This document shows positions 1-9,949 of a stretch of 40,000 bases of DNA, in pieces. Within the stretch, counting starts at the first letter, position 1. The number at the start of each line of letters is the position of its first letter. This DNA comes from Pseudomonas phage OBP. The stretch is taken from sequence record JN627160.1; one strand, 5' to 3'. Made by a program: the position numbers and the translations under genes. A model generated the notes under the pieces. The model saw only the letters and a program-made list of their open reading frames with translations, ran no database searches and had not been told where the DNA came from.

Positions 1-2
1 AA

Positions 3-236
3 GTCATCGACCTGGATATTGATCTTATTCTCGACGTCACCAAATCGGTATTCGCCCGTGAACTGTCATTGTCCAAACTGGCCAGTTCTCCAACTCCGGA
101 AGAACTGCACGATATGGCTACGAAGATCATCGATGAAATTCGTGGTCTGAAAGCTGTGGGCACTGTACTGGCTGAAGTATTCGCCAAAGGCAATGGTATC
201 GCTCCAGAAGACATTGTTCTGAAACCAGCAGCATAA
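3..236 (+). CDS. 3' end of a CDS truncated by the window start (77 aa visible), unknown function
   Basis: Open frame from nt 3 (VIDLDIDLILDVTKSVFARELSLSKLASSPTPEELHDMATKIIDEIRGLKAVGTVLAEVFAKGNGIAPEDIVLKPAA*), followed directly by a hairpin terminator. Confidence 0.75.
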   Translation, partial: VIDLDIDLILDVTKSVFARELSLSKLASSPTPEELHDMATKIIDEIRGLKAVGTVLAEVFAKGNGIAPEDIVLKPAA

Positions 237-240
237 CACG

Positions 241-268
241 CACTCTCAGGGCTTCGGCTCTGGGAGTG
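241..268 (+). terminator. Hairpin terminator
   Basis: CACTCTCAGGGC-TTCG-GCTCTGGGAGTG, 12-bp stem with G:U pairs and a UUCG-type loop, right after a stop codon. Confidence 0.75.
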
Positions 269-300
269 TTCCCTATGTCTTTTAATTTAAGGAATTTCGT

Positions 301-1167
301 ATGTGTGGTAACTGCAAGAAAGAAGATGTGAAATTAGGTAATCCCAAGAAAATTAAAACTGGGATCATCGAGCGCATCGATATGAAACTAACGCAGGGTG
401 ACGATGGAACTGATTTAAACGCTCTGTGTGATGTCATTCAGATGTTAAAGTCAGATGAGGGGACTCTGGATGCTAAACTCCCGGAACCTTATGAACTCAA
501 TACCTCAATTAAACTTTTTGATGGTTGTTATGCTAAGTTGATTCGTGGCACGACCATTGGGATATTAAGCGTCAGACTGGTTGATGATGAAGGCGTCATG
601 TATGGTTATATCAACTATAACCCTGGGACAGATAACTTCACCGTTGGTGTCGTGTGGACTAAATATGAGAAAATCTATTCCACCACTGTGAGTAATAATG
701 CTCATACCCTGAAGTACGTTCATCGTTTCTTAACCAATGAAAGCGAACGTGCCACAATGGCGATGGACGCCGTTCCCTACAAACGGAAGGAAGTGACTCC
801 GCCTTCTAAGGTACATCACACCTTCCAAGAGGTCATGAAACAAATCCATGATTCTCGTTTAGCTTCTTGTGATCCACTCACCGTGGACTATGGATCAAAA
901 GCTAACGAATGGACTTGTGTGTCTGACGGAATGTTTTTGGAACTGACATCTCACATCTGTGGGGTGGATGAGTGTCGTTATGAAAAGGTCTTCATTCGCC
1001 AGCGTGATAATGAGCTCGGTGCTGTCTGGTTCGAACCTAGCGGGGCTTTGTCTATTGAGACTAAGTTCTACAAAGGTAAGTTCCATCTGGTCCATCACAC
1101 TACCTGGGAACCCGATTATGATCTGATCGAGACCCATATCAAACACTTCATTTTGAGAACGATATGA
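301..1167 (+). CDS. Hypothetical protein, 288 aa, starts MCGNCKK
   Basis: Long ORF; overlaps next start by 4 nt (ATGA). Confidence 0.8.
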   Translation: MCGNCKKEDVKLGNPKKIKTGIIERIDMKLTQGDDGTDLNALCDVIQMLKSDEGTLDAKLPEPYELNTSIKLFDGCYAKLIRGTTIGILSVRLVDDEGVMYGYINYNPGTDNFTVGVVWTKYEKIYSTTVSNNAHTLKYVHRFLTNESERATMAMDAVPYKRKEVTPPSKVHHTFQEVMKQIHDSRLASCDPLTVDYGSKANEWTCVSDGMFLELTSHICGVDECRYEKVFIRQRDNELGAVWFEPSGALSIETKFYKGKFHLVHHTTWEPDYDLIETHIKHFILRTI

Positions 1168-1580
1168 ATATAACACCGCTGTCTAAAAAGAAGCTGGAAA
1201 CGGCTTGTCTCATGCTGAAGTCCAAACGGGAGAAAGCTGTTAAATCAGTTACTCTCGGCACTGCTGGCGCACAGTCAGTAATGTGCGGCTTCAGGAACCT
1301 CGCCAAGGCGTTGGAAACGTCCACCTTACGTTTGGATGCCGATGATGGTAAACCTATCCTACTCGACGTTGACTACGTTATGGGTGGCGAAGGTTGTGAT
1401 ATCTGGGCCGTAATGATGATAGGAGTCAATGATGAAGCTCCTCTTATTAAAACCTGGTTTGATCAATCTGGCCATGCTCATATCCAATGTAATTATGGTA
1501 ACTATTCGACCATGATTAAATACGCTACGGCGGAAGATGTATCTGACTGGATTGTGGATTATCTCCGACTTCAGGTTTAA
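1164..1580 (+). CDS. Hypothetical protein
   Basis: ORF translationally coupled to upstream ORF. Confidence 0.75.
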   Translation: MNITPLSKKKLETACLMLKSKREKAVKSVTLGTAGAQSVMCGFRNLAKALETSTLRLDADDGKPILLDVDYVMGGEGCDIWAVMMIGVNDEAPLIKTWFDQSGHAHIQCNYGNYSTMIKYATAEDVSDWIVDYLRLQV

Positions 1581-1582
1581 TT

Positions 1583-1924
1583 ATGAAAGGCAAGCAGGGT
1601 ACCATCGAAGAGTATTCTGACAAGGCTGTCGTTCTGCGTGAACTCATTGACAAATTGAGAGATTTCGATCATCCAAGTTTTACTGAACGGGTAGTGCTTA
1701 ACCATCTAGCATTCCTGGTCATTAAAACTCCTGATTCATCTTTCATTGAAGTAACTTGGGTGGGGAGATTAATGGCAAGGATTAACGTGGGTAATTTAAT
1801 CCTGCGTTGCCCTAGCGTTAGGATAAAAGGTAAAGTGGCTGAGTATTATCTCGACCCTACTATATCCACTCCCTTGCCCGTAGTCATTGATATCATTTCA
1901 GAATACGTTACTGGAGGGAAGTAA
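1583..1924 (+). CDS. Hypothetical protein
   Basis: ORF with 2-bp gap to upstream ORF. Confidence 0.7.
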   Translation: MKGKQGTIEEYSDKAVVLRELIDKLRDFDHPSFTERVVLNHLAFLVIKTPDSSFIEVTWVGRLMARINVGNLILRCPSVRIKGKVAEYYLDPTISTPLPVVIDIISEYVTGGK

Positions 1925-1975
1925 TGTCCAGGATACTCACTTCAATTAAGTTATTTTCTTACTCTCATTCTTATA

Positions 1976-1995
1976 TATTGCCATAGTGTAAAAGG
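1976..1995 (+). promoter_or_regulatory. Degenerate copy of the ATATTAT-N5-TGTATRWG motif
   Basis: ATATTGC-CATAG-TGTAAAAG in a 208-bp intergenic gap. Confidence 0.3.
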
Positions 1996-2132
1996 GGAGG
2001 GGGTTTATCCGGTTAGGATAATTACAGGTAAACTACTGAACGAAGTGAAGTATCCTCTTCCAGGGATTACGTAAGTAATCATCACATGTTCTTTTAACCG
2101 AAGGTATTTACAGTCGGAAGGAATAGAGAATA

Positions 2133-2501
2133 ATGGTTAATGAATTTTACAAGGGATTTATTCTAGGTATTGCATTATTGGTACTTGGAAGGATTCTTTA
2201 TAACTGGGCTTTGAAACAACTAGGTCCAGAACCAAGGCCGGGAATAGATATATCTCATCTGGTACAGTTACCCAAGATGAATAGTCGTGACCTGGGTTTT
2301 TGTTTGAATCAAATCCTGTTGGATCCAGTACTAAGTTATACCATCAACACGGTTACCCCTAAAGACAAAGACGACATTGTCACCATCTGGTTTAATATTC
2401 ATGATGAAGAAGGGAAAGTAACTGGGACTACGACAGTACGTTGTAAGGTAGACGAAGAACTTCCCGATACGTATCCATTAGGGTACAGAAAGAAGAAATA
2501 A
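2133..2501 (+). CDS. Small protein with N-terminal transmembrane helix
   Basis: ORF; hydrophobic stretch FYKGFILGIALLVLGRILYNWAL. Confidence 0.7.
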   Translation: MVNEFYKGFILGIALLVLGRILYNWALKQLGPEPRPGIDISHLVQLPKMNSRDLGFCLNQILLDPVLSYTINTVTPKDKDDIVTIWFNIHDEEGKVTGTTTVRCKVDEELPDTYPLGYRKKK

Positions 2502-2517
2502 ATCAATACTCTGATAA

Positions 2518-2545
2518 ATGAAACTGTCCTTCGGGATGGTTTCAT
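2518..2545 (+). terminator. Hairpin (terminator-like)
   Basis: ATGAAACTGTCC-TTCG-GGATGGTTTCAT, 12-bp stem with two G:U pairs. Confidence 0.55.
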
Positions 2546-2591
2546 CTCTCGTTAGTTGTTATTCCATCCATCACACCAATAAGGCAAAGTA

Positions 2592-3260
2592 ATGTTCAAC
2601 TATAAACACCTCCATGCAATTGCACTGCGTATGTTCGTAACCTTCCTGGCTGCCAACATTGCCAAAGTCAATGAATTGATCATCGCTGGTTTCTCAGATC
2701 CTAAGGTACTTCGTATCTCACTATTTGAGCTTAACAGCGTTGTCGTTTCTATTGTGCGGGTGGAAGGTAAACTTACTCTGAACATCGTAGTTCCTGGTTA
2801 TGATACTCATCGTGTCAAACTGGGTAATCTCAAAGCGCCGATCAGTAAACGTGTGGTAACTGATCTGCAAGTTTATTTCCATCGTGAGTATCGCCTGATC
2901 CATGAAGACGCATTGAAACAACTTGCTGAATCAATTGATCTGGCTGACGTTAAGTACAAAGCACGGAACATTCCAGTTGTCGCTCGTTTGTTCAACAAGG
3001 TGAATGAATTCAATATTCGCCTGGACAACCAGCTGATGTCTGAACTGTTGAAGGTTACTGTCTTTATCCGTCGTTCCATCTTCAACAAACTGACCGTGGT
3101 TGTGGTAACTCACACTCCTGAACCAGCTGGACTGATCCGTGAAGTGATGCCGGTACATGTAGGCGTTACCAATACGTATTTGGCTGATGGACAATCCGAC
3201 CCGGTTAACCAGTGGTTCCGTCAAGTACTGACTGATCACGTTGATACTTTCGCTAAGTAA
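2592..3260 (+). CDS. Hypothetical protein, 222 aa
   Basis: ORF with upstream AAGGCAAAGTA; followed by terminator. Confidence 0.75.
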   Translation: MFNYKHLHAIALRMFVTFLAANIAKVNELIIAGFSDPKVLRISLFELNSVVVSIVRVEGKLTLNIVVPGYDTHRVKLGNLKAPISKRVVTDLQVYFHREYRLIHEDALKQLAESIDLADVKYKARNIPVVARLFNKVNEFNIRLDNQLMSELLKVTVFIRRSIFNKLTVVVVTHTPEPAGLIREVMPVHVGVTNTYLADGQSDPVNQWFRQVLTDHVDTFAK

Positions 3261-3267
3261 ACACATC

Positions 3268-3295
3268 GAGTGGGTGTCCTAACGGGCGCTCACTC
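3268..3295 (+). terminator. Intrinsic terminator
   Basis: GAGTGGGTGTCC-TAAC-GGGCGCTCACTC followed by TTTTATG. Confidence 0.7.
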
Positions 3296-3335
3296 TTTTA
3301 TGTTTATTTTATTTTTCTAACAAAGTGAGGTAGTT

Positions 3336-3707
3336 ATGTGGGTTTTATTTGTAGTAGTGGTTTGTGTGTTAACCGTATGGGGGATCTATTCGGTGGAAAG
3401 AGGTCGTCGTATTCGTTTTGAAGACATCGCAAAACTGGAAAAGATCAAAACAACGCTTTCCAATAATTTAGCATTTGACATGCTACGGGATACGCCGACA
3501 ATCGCATATCAGGATCTTGTGACCTTCTGTACTAAGAAAGCACTGGAGCATAACGTCGATATCGTCCTACTGGCGTATAAAACTAAATTCACCATCCTTA
3601 TCAAATATCAGGGTAACTCCGAACGTATCAACATCTCAGCATCAGCCATAACAGGTTTCGATGGTGAGTATGAAAGAGAAGCCCCTCCACTCCGGCGATA
3701 TAAGTAA
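3336..3707 (+). CDS. Small membrane-anchored protein
   Basis: ORF; N-terminal WVLFVVVVCVLTVWGIYSV helix. Confidence 0.7.
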   Translation: MWVLFVVVVCVLTVWGIYSVERGRRIRFEDIAKLEKIKTTLSNNLAFDMLRDTPTIAYQDLVTFCTKKALEHNVDIVLLAYKTKFTILIKYQGNSERINISASAITGFDGEYEREAPPLRRYK

Positions 3708-3758
3708 CCAACCCAATATGGTGATTGGATAGTTCAATCGGCATTTAAGGAAATACGA

Positions 3759-4163
3759 ATGAATTACTTCGAATACAAAATCTACGGGATAGTTTTACTG
3801 ACAATAGTTTCATTGTTGGCGATTTCAGCTATCTGGTTATGCGGTGTTCTCTTAAAGGAAGCTCAAGATATCAAAGCAGCCTCTAAGAACGTTCAGTCCG
3901 CATTCACACTACTTGATGTGGAAGTCACTAAGAAGCTTAAAAACAATAACGCAATCCACTTCTATGATCTCATGAGGATCGTGGAAATGGTGACTCGGCG
4001 AATGCCGATGGTTAAGATAACAGTGGATAAGAAGTTCGAACGTAACCAAGTGAAGATTAGCATTGAGAAAGGGGATGTCAAAGCTAGCTACACATTCTTG
4101 GCGACCATAGTCGAAGCTCCTTACCACAATCAAGGTAAACAACCCGATCCTGTAAAAGAATAG
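3759..4163 (+). CDS. Small membrane-anchored protein
   Basis: ORF; N-terminal IYGIVLLTIVSLLAISAIWLCGVLL helix. Confidence 0.7.
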   Translation: MNYFEYKIYGIVLLTIVSLLAISAIWLCGVLLKEAQDIKAASKNVQSAFTLLDVEVTKKLKNNNAIHFYDLMRIVEMVTRRMPMVKITVDKKFERNQVKISIEKGDVKASYTFLATIVEAPYHNQGKQPDPVKE

Positions 4164-4335
4164 TAGGGTTCTATTGTATGTAGTCTATGACTTCATCTTA
4201 TCCTCACCCCAGGGATAAGAATGGGGTTATAGATTTTCTCTTCTTTTCTTTTACGTTTTGGGGATAATAGGGGCTTTTCTTCTTCTAGTTCTTCTCTTCC
4301 AGGTTTACCTGAATATATACTTATTATATATTAGT

Positions 4336-4357
4336 TATATATATATATATATATATA
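4336..4357. repeat. (TA)11 microsatellite
   Basis: Uninterrupted TA dinucleotide run in a noncoding gap. Confidence 0.9.
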
Positions 4358-4406
4358 GAGTAAGTAGAGAAACCCTTTGACTCCGAAAAGAAAATCAATT
4401 AAATCT

Positions 4407-4436
4407 TATCCTGGTTACCTTCGGGTAGCTAGGGTA
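4407..4436 (+). terminator. Long hairpin, possible terminator or leader structure
   Basis: TATCCTGGTTACC-TTCG-GGTAGCTAGGGTA, 13-bp stem with several G:U pairs; no U tract follows. Confidence 0.4.
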
Positions 4437-4482
4437 GGGTAATATGTCTTAAAACTGAAATCTTAATATATGGGTTATTAAC

Positions 4483-5184
4483 ATGAAGATGGTAGAACTG
4501 TTAATCGGGTACGACATGGAGAAAGTCTACTCTGGTGATATCTCTATTGGAAGTACCGATATGGTCACTGATATCCATGTTAAAAGTGATGATGAACTTA
4601 CATCAAGTGAACGTCGTCAGTTTGAAACAGAATTATCGGAATTAATTTGCAAACACTTCGTTAATAATAAACGTATTAACGAACATGATCTTTTAAAGAG
4701 GCAATACCTCGTCAAGGATGTTTTAGAGTACGCTGTTAACTATTCGGGCATGTTAACAGAGGAAGAGGTTTACACTAACCTGTCGGGTGGAGATCCTAAA
4801 TTACTTAAGAAATTTATGACAGGGGAAATACCAACAGTATCTCGCACTTATCTATTTAGCTATTGTGGATTTAGTTATAGTTGGTTAGATAAGTTTGAAT
4901 CGAGCCTGAATACTGTTAAAAGCAATTTGGTCATTAAGGAAGAACAAGTTAGTTCCGCTGCCATCAGACACGTTTTTATGGATATCCTGGGGATGAGTTC
5001 AGACGAATGTCTTTCTATGTTAAAGAGACACAATCGTTGGAGTAGTCATGACATATTCATCGAAGATTATGATTACCTTGTCCCACTAAGTGAAATCCAG
5101 AACATGTTCTACGGGCTAGACCGCTCAAGAGACCAACTCGTAGCCTTAATGGTTAATTATACCAAAGATCATCCTATCGGGTAG
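4483..5184 (+). CDS. Hypothetical protein, 233 aa
   Basis: Long ORF. Confidence 0.75.
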   Translation: MKMVELLIGYDMEKVYSGDISIGSTDMVTDIHVKSDDELTSSERRQFETELSELICKHFVNNKRINEHDLLKRQYLVKDVLEYAVNYSGMLTEEEVYTNLSGGDPKLLKKFMTGEIPTVSRTYLFSYCGFSYSWLDKFESSLNTVKSNLVIKEEQVSSAAIRHVFMDILGMSSDECLSMLKRHNRWSSHDIFIEDYDYLVPLSEIQNMFYGLDRSRDQLVALMVNYTKDHPIG

Positions 5185-5224
5185 TAAACATGAAAGCCAA
5201 AAAGATATTAAGCCGAGGTGAAAA

Positions 5225-5674
5225 ATGCGCTGGTTAAAACGACTTATTCGTGTATTGGCAACACCGGCCAAGATCGAAGCAAATAAAGTAAAAGTAGCGT
5301 CAGAGTTAGATAAGGCGTTTAACTTACTTGTAACTGATTACCCTAAACAAAGCTCACACCGTGGTCATATGGGTTTCGACATAGGTCACTATACTTTCCA
5401 GGGTGGTTGGCTAAAAGACGAATTCTACTTTGACGTCTATGATCTCGATTATGAGTTCAGACTAAACAAAGAAGGTCGGATCTATGTTGGATACCACAAG
5501 TTCCCAGATATGGGCGTCAGGTGGTCAGTTCATAAATGCGGAGATAAAAACAAGGTTGTCGATTCATTGACTTTACATTCCCCCGATAATCTTTATAAAG
5601 GCGACTTCATCAAAAGCCTTAACTTTATCATTCCCGGTTTAGTAGAGGAAGTTGTAAATGAATCCGAGTCGTAA
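5225..5674 (+). CDS. Hypothetical protein
   Basis: ORF, overlaps the next one by 17 nt. Confidence 0.65.
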   Translation: MRWLKRLIRVLATPAKIEANKVKVASELDKAFNLLVTDYPKQSSHRGHMGFDIGHYTFQGGWLKDEFYFDVYDLDYEFRLNKEGRIYVGYHKFPDMGVRWSVHKCGDKNKVVDSLTLHSPDNLYKGDFIKSLNFIIPGLVEEVVNESES

Positions 5675-6071
5675 ATTTAGTCTATCGATTGCTTTATTTT
5701 GCTTTTTCTGTATATGGGGCATTGGCCAGATAAATCCCTATATGGAATTCAAAACTCACAGAGTTGAGGTCTTTCAACTCTACAGTGGGACAAGTACGGG
5801 AAAATACTCTAAGCTGGAATTCATTGCCGTATATAAAAACCCAGAAGGCACTGTGTTTGATCAACGCGTATCACCATCTGAGTTCTCTCAACTCCATGTG
5901 GGAGATAAGGTAGATATCAGTGTTCGTCAATTTGACATCGAACAAACCACTCTTGACAATGTAGTTTGGTTCTTTGGGGCATTATTGTTCCAAGCAACCT
6001 TATTCACAGGAGGAGTGAGTTTCCTCTTATACGGTCTTAGTGCAAAATTCAGAAAGTGGATACGATCATGA
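5658..6071 (+). CDS. Membrane protein with two predicted TM segments
   Basis: LSIALFCFFCIWGIGQI and VVWFFGALLFQATLFTGGVSFLLYGL hydrophobic stretches. Confidence 0.65.
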   Translation: MNPSRKFSLSIALFCFFCIWGIGQINPYMEFKTHRVEVFQLYSGTSTGKYSKLEFIAVYKNPEGTVFDQRVSPSEFSQLHVGDKVDISVRQFDIEQTTLDNVVWFFGALLFQATLFTGGVSFLLYGLSAKFRKWIRS

Positions 6072-7066
6072 AAGTTGGAAAATACTTGTTAGAAAAACAT
6101 AACTTTGGCGATCCTGAAGTTAAAGCTCGATTCCTTGATCAGTTTGGTTACTCTGAAAAGATCCTTGAGAGTATCCTGGCTGACCGATATCCTTCATTGT
6201 TAGGTTGTCATATTCACGACATTGCGATCTTTACTGGGGAGGATCCTGGGTTCCTTCAAAGTCTGGAAGAATATGAGCAGTTGTCTGACTTTGAGAAACA
6301 AACACTGTCTTCCCCACCTATGGGTAAACCATACGTTTCTGATCCACCGGTGGCTAAGATCGAGTTAATGGGCGTTCCTTCTCAGGAGTCTGTTAATAAG
6401 GTCAATGAAATGGCAAATGAAATTATTGACGATATCAAAGCAGGTAACTCTTTAAAAGGGCCTATTCTCAATATTGCCGCCATCGCGGCAGGTAGTAGAC
6501 CTTTCAATACTCGCCCTGTGAAAACAGAAGTCGGTATTAAAGATCTTGTAAGTGATGATTGGGACAAAATGAAAGAACCCGTTGATGGTGTAATGATTAA
6601 GCTGAATCTCTCATCTGGCGAACCTGTTGAACTAGTGGGTGTGGATGAAGACGGTATCCGTCGCTATGAAGAAGCGATCAATAAACTCCGAGCCTCCATG
6701 GATTATCCAGGCTTTGGTTGCTTAGTGGGCGATGATCCAGAAATGGAGTCTTTGATTACACGTCTAAGAGAGTACACCAAAGACAAGTCATTTAAGCTGA
6801 TTACCCCTAAAGCTGATCTTGCTATCAGTGAAATGCAGTGCAAGTCACGTATCCATCGCGATCCAAGTGAAGTCGAGTATGTGGTAACCACATATCCTAT
6901 TACTGGGCCCGAGTCTGTTAAGGTGGTTAAGGGTCGTGACCTGGGGATCGGTACTGGTGATAAGTATGTTTTCTCTAACCAGTTAAAACACACCATCAAT
7001 AAACTTGGTTTGGATCCTATTGAAGGATCGGGCCCTTCAACTAACCATAAAGAAGGTGACCAATGA
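6068..7066 (+). CDS. Hypothetical protein (MKVGKYLLEKHNFGDPE...)
   Basis: Long ORF; start refined from 6056 to the ATGA overlap at 6068. Confidence 0.75.
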   Translation: MKVGKYLLEKHNFGDPEVKARFLDQFGYSEKILESILADRYPSLLGCHIHDIAIFTGEDPGFLQSLEEYEQLSDFEKQTLSSPPMGKPYVSDPPVAKIELMGVPSQESVNKVNEMANEIIDDIKAGNSLKGPILNIAAIAAGSRPFNTRPVKTEVGIKDLVSDDWDKMKEPVDGVMIKLNLSSGEPVELVGVDEDGIRRYEEAINKLRASMDYPGFGCLVGDDPEMESLITRLREYTKDKSFKLITPKADLAISEMQCKSRIHRDPSEVEYVVTTYPITGPESVKVVKGRDLGIGTGDKYVFSNQLKHTINKLGLDPIEGSGPSTNHKEGDQ

Positions 7067-7605
7067 GTCGTTACGAAAACTTTGCCAACGAATTTGAACA
7101 GAATTTCATTAAATACCATACCGATGAAATCGTGATGGCTATCCATACTAGCGATACCCCAGATCCGATCACCACCGTCTTCGGTGAACTAGTAATCGGT
7201 GGTTATGACGACCATAACCATGTTTACCCCGTCCTGTTCAAAAATGAAATCGTCTTTAGCGTGCATAGCTCACGTACCTATTTTAAAGATGACATCTCTG
7301 GTGTTGCCCTTAGGCTTGCCTCAGTGATAGAGAACTCGGGATTTGTCAAAAAGCAACTTGATGAGATCCCCGTTAACTATGGCCCTGTCAATATTGGTGT
7401 CGATGTGGAAGATATCATTTCCATTGTCTTATTGTCAGAAGCGGTTTGTCCAGGCAAGTTACCGGCGTATGTAACTAAGCTGAGAAATGACACTTACCAG
7501 TTGTTATGTAGGAAGATCTCCGAAGTTGCCCAAACTCCCGGATTGATAACTGATCAAGTAAGTATGATCAAGAATCTGGAAAGTAAATTAGCAAAATTAA
7601 GTTAA
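7063..7605 (+). CDS. Hypothetical protein, 180 aa
   Basis: ORF with ATGA coupling. Confidence 0.75.
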   Translation: MSRYENFANEFEQNFIKYHTDEIVMAIHTSDTPDPITTVFGELVIGGYDDHNHVYPVLFKNEIVFSVHSSRTYFKDDISGVALRLASVIENSGFVKKQLDEIPVNYGPVNIGVDVEDIISIVLLSEAVCPGKLPAYVTKLRNDTYQLLCRKISEVAQTPGLITDQVSMIKNLESKLAKLS

Positions 7606-7612
7606 TCCATTC

Positions 7613-7638
7613 CCTACCTACTCAGATGAGTAGGTAGG
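7613..7638 (+). terminator. Intrinsic terminator
   Basis: CCTACCTACTC-AGAT-GAGTAGGTAGG-TTTT. Confidence 0.85.
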
Positions 7639-7659
7639 TTTTACGGAGTATAGAGAGTA

Positions 7660-7983
7660 ATGAAATCGAAGCACGTTAAGAAAGAGTTAGTTGAAATCAT
7701 GTTCCCAATCATGCAGAACCTGAGCAAGTACGGAACTGAAGAATTCGAGTTGGAATTTAAATTCCAACATAACGGTGTTCCCTATAAAGTGGAACACGTC
7801 GTACAGTCAGAGCATAATCGCCTCGAAGTTAAAATTTGTGACTACTATGGGATCTATCCAATGTTCCACGTACCTATTCAGGTCACCAAGGACATTGAAC
7901 CAAAATCAGCAGCTCGTGCTTTTGTGCATGAGAACCCACATCTCCCACAGACAGCTTATCGCATTCTTAAGAAGGTCCACTGA
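7660..7983 (+). CDS. Hypothetical protein
   Basis: ORF. Confidence 0.7.
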   Translation: MKSKHVKKELVEIMFPIMQNLSKYGTEEFELEFKFQHNGVPYKVEHVVQSEHNRLEVKICDYYGIYPMFHVPIQVTKDIEPKSAARAFVHENPHLPQTAYRILKKVH

Positions 7984-7984
7984 T

Positions 7985-8800
7985 ATGAATATAAAGGACG
8001 TTGTACTTGTTAATGAACGGTTTGGGGGAATTCTCAAAGACCGATTGAACCGTATTAACATGACCGTTAAGTTGTTTGCTTCCAATTTGAATATCGATAG
8101 ATTGACTGCGGAGAATATCTTAACTGGAAACGAAGCCTTCACTTATCCCCACTCCTTCAAAGATCTTGATCGTCTCTTTGGAACATCTGAAGGTTATTGG
8201 TACCAAGTTTATAACAACGTGGTTAAATACGTCTCAGAAGGTATCGACCCTAATCGTCCAGATGTGAAGCTGAAAGAAGTCATTCCACACTTCCCAGGTT
8301 TTACGCTCAATATGACTCCTGCGCCAGTTGATCTGGATAACTTCGAAGTCCCTAAAACTCAAGCCTATTTTGGTGATCCAACATCAGGATTAGATTACAT
8401 GGTTCAAGGACACGAGTATTTTGAATTGGTCGATACCGCCATTACTATTAGCGGTCTCCAACAAGGGATCATTGGTATCTCATTATCCAATCTGGGTACA
8501 CGAGAGGAGATGGATTTTTACACTGGGTTGGTTTATCTACAAAAGAAATTACCCCATCTCAATTTCGCTGTTCTCCCAACACCTACCTTCGACATGGACA
8601 ATAGCACCGATGTTGAATCATTGTCGCGTCGAGTGGAACGTGATGGGCTTGATGGTATTCGTTATAACCGTATCTTCTTCGCAGTTTACCAAGACTATGA
8701 AGTTCCCGACTTGGTGAGAAAGTCCCATGACCTGTTTATGGATGTTGAAGAACTCCATGGCCGTTATCAAGCTAACGTATCCGTAAAGGAAAAGAAATGA
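7985..8800 (+). CDS. Hypothetical protein (MNIKDVVLVNERFGG...)
   Basis: Long ORF; start refined from 7775 to the ATG immediately after the upstream stop, avoiding a 209-nt overlap. Confidence 0.75.
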   Translation: MNIKDVVLVNERFGGILKDRLNRINMTVKLFASNLNIDRLTAENILTGNEAFTYPHSFKDLDRLFGTSEGYWYQVYNNVVKYVSEGIDPNRPDVKLKEVIPHFPGFTLNMTPAPVDLDNFEVPKTQAYFGDPTSGLDYMVQGHEYFELVDTAITISGLQQGIIGISLSNLGTREEMDFYTGLVYLQKKLPHLNFAVLPTPTFDMDNSTDVESLSRRVERDGLDGIRYNRIFFAVYQDYEVPDLVRKSHDLFMDVEELHGRYQANVSVKEKK

Positions 8801-9486
8801 AACTCCCTTTATTTGTAAAGTCAGTATCTCTAAGCTTCTGTACTCCAGAACTTACTAATTCATTCAAAGCCCAAGCTAGAGATTGGGTAAGTTCAAATAA
8901 GTTAGGATATTCCAATGCGTTAAGTTTAGCTTTAAACTACCTGGATAAGTGGGATGGTCTCGAACCTGTAATGCCAGCTCTCGATGACGGGTCGTACGTT
9001 CGCATTCAATTTATCACGGGTCCGGATGGCCGTGGTTTTAAAATGGATACTTTTGGTATTCGTTTCGTAGTGTTCCCTGGCTCACCATCAGATGAATTTT
9101 CTCACTATCCGTCTCTACCAGGTAAGCTTGTAGATTTGTTGGTAACAATGCTGACCCCGGATATTAAGTTCTCGGTATTTGATAAAGAACTAACGGTATC
9201 GAATAACGTCAGCACTAGCCCTTACGATCTCTATAACCCGATCAAGATTTCTCAATCGGAACTCCCGCATATTGGATCTCTTCCAACCACCCATACGCTG
9301 AAATTTATCAAGAACCGTGAGGGGATCGAAATTGGGATATCGTCTGGTTCTCTCAAATACATGATGGTCCCACTCGAGTTGTTTGAGAATATGACCAGCA
9401 AGCTTGCTGAAGACAATAGTTATAATCCAGATGTTAACGTCGGATTAACCTTAATCAAAGATTTTAAAGAGGCTATCGATGAGTAA
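8797..9486 (+). CDS. Hypothetical protein, 229 aa
   Basis: ORF with ATGA coupling. Confidence 0.75.
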   Translation: MKLPLFVKSVSLSFCTPELTNSFKAQARDWVSSNKLGYSNALSLALNYLDKWDGLEPVMPALDDGSYVRIQFITGPDGRGFKMDTFGIRFVVFPGSPSDEFSHYPSLPGKLVDLLVTMLTPDIKFSVFDKELTVSNNVSTSPYDLYNPIKISQSELPHIGSLPTTHTLKFIKNREGIEIGISSGSLKYMMVPLELFENMTSKLAEDNSYNPDVNVGLTLIKDFKEAIDE

Positions 9487-9949
9487 TTCAATTCTCGAAA
9501 TTAACCTGATCCATGACCAGTCAATTGAAAAGGAAGTTGCCAAACAGGCACTTGCTAATCGTGACTTCTCCGTAGTTAAAGATATCATCGTTAACAGTGA
9601 CACTGTCATACTTAACTTTGAACAGAGTAATGAACTGAAGCGTTTGGTGCTGGAAGCTCTCCGTAAAGTTACTGCACCTAAAGAGGAAGATCCTTTTCTT
9701 CTTGCTGACCAGGTCTACCATTATCTCCTGACTCTTTACTCTGTTCGTGAGAACCCGGACAAAACCGAAATCAAATTTTCCAGTTGGTTGGCGATTCAAT
9801 ATCCGGAGATTGGTGGACTTGCAGAAGTTATTGCAAGTAATAACATCCAAAGCTATAGCAATTTCGCTTTAGATGCCATGGCCAAAGTAGAAGGACTTAC
9901 CCGTGATCGTTGGTTACAAAAAGTGAGGGAAACCTGGGGTGGGAAATAA
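9479..9949 (+). CDS. Hypothetical protein
   Basis: ORF, 8-nt overlap with upstream gene. Confidence 0.7.
   Translation: MSNSILEINLIHDQSIEKEVAKQALANRDFSVVKDIIVNSDTVILNFEQSNELKRLVLEALRKVTAPKEEDPFLLADQVYHYLLTLYSVRENPDKTEIKFSSWLAIQYPEIGGLAEVIASNNIQSYSNFALDAMAKVEGLTRDRWLQKVRETWGGK

Noticed and set aside
4336-4357. (TA)11 tract called as a replication origin
   Set aside because: A dinucleotide run alone is insufficient; no iterons or initiator-site repeats were seen around it.
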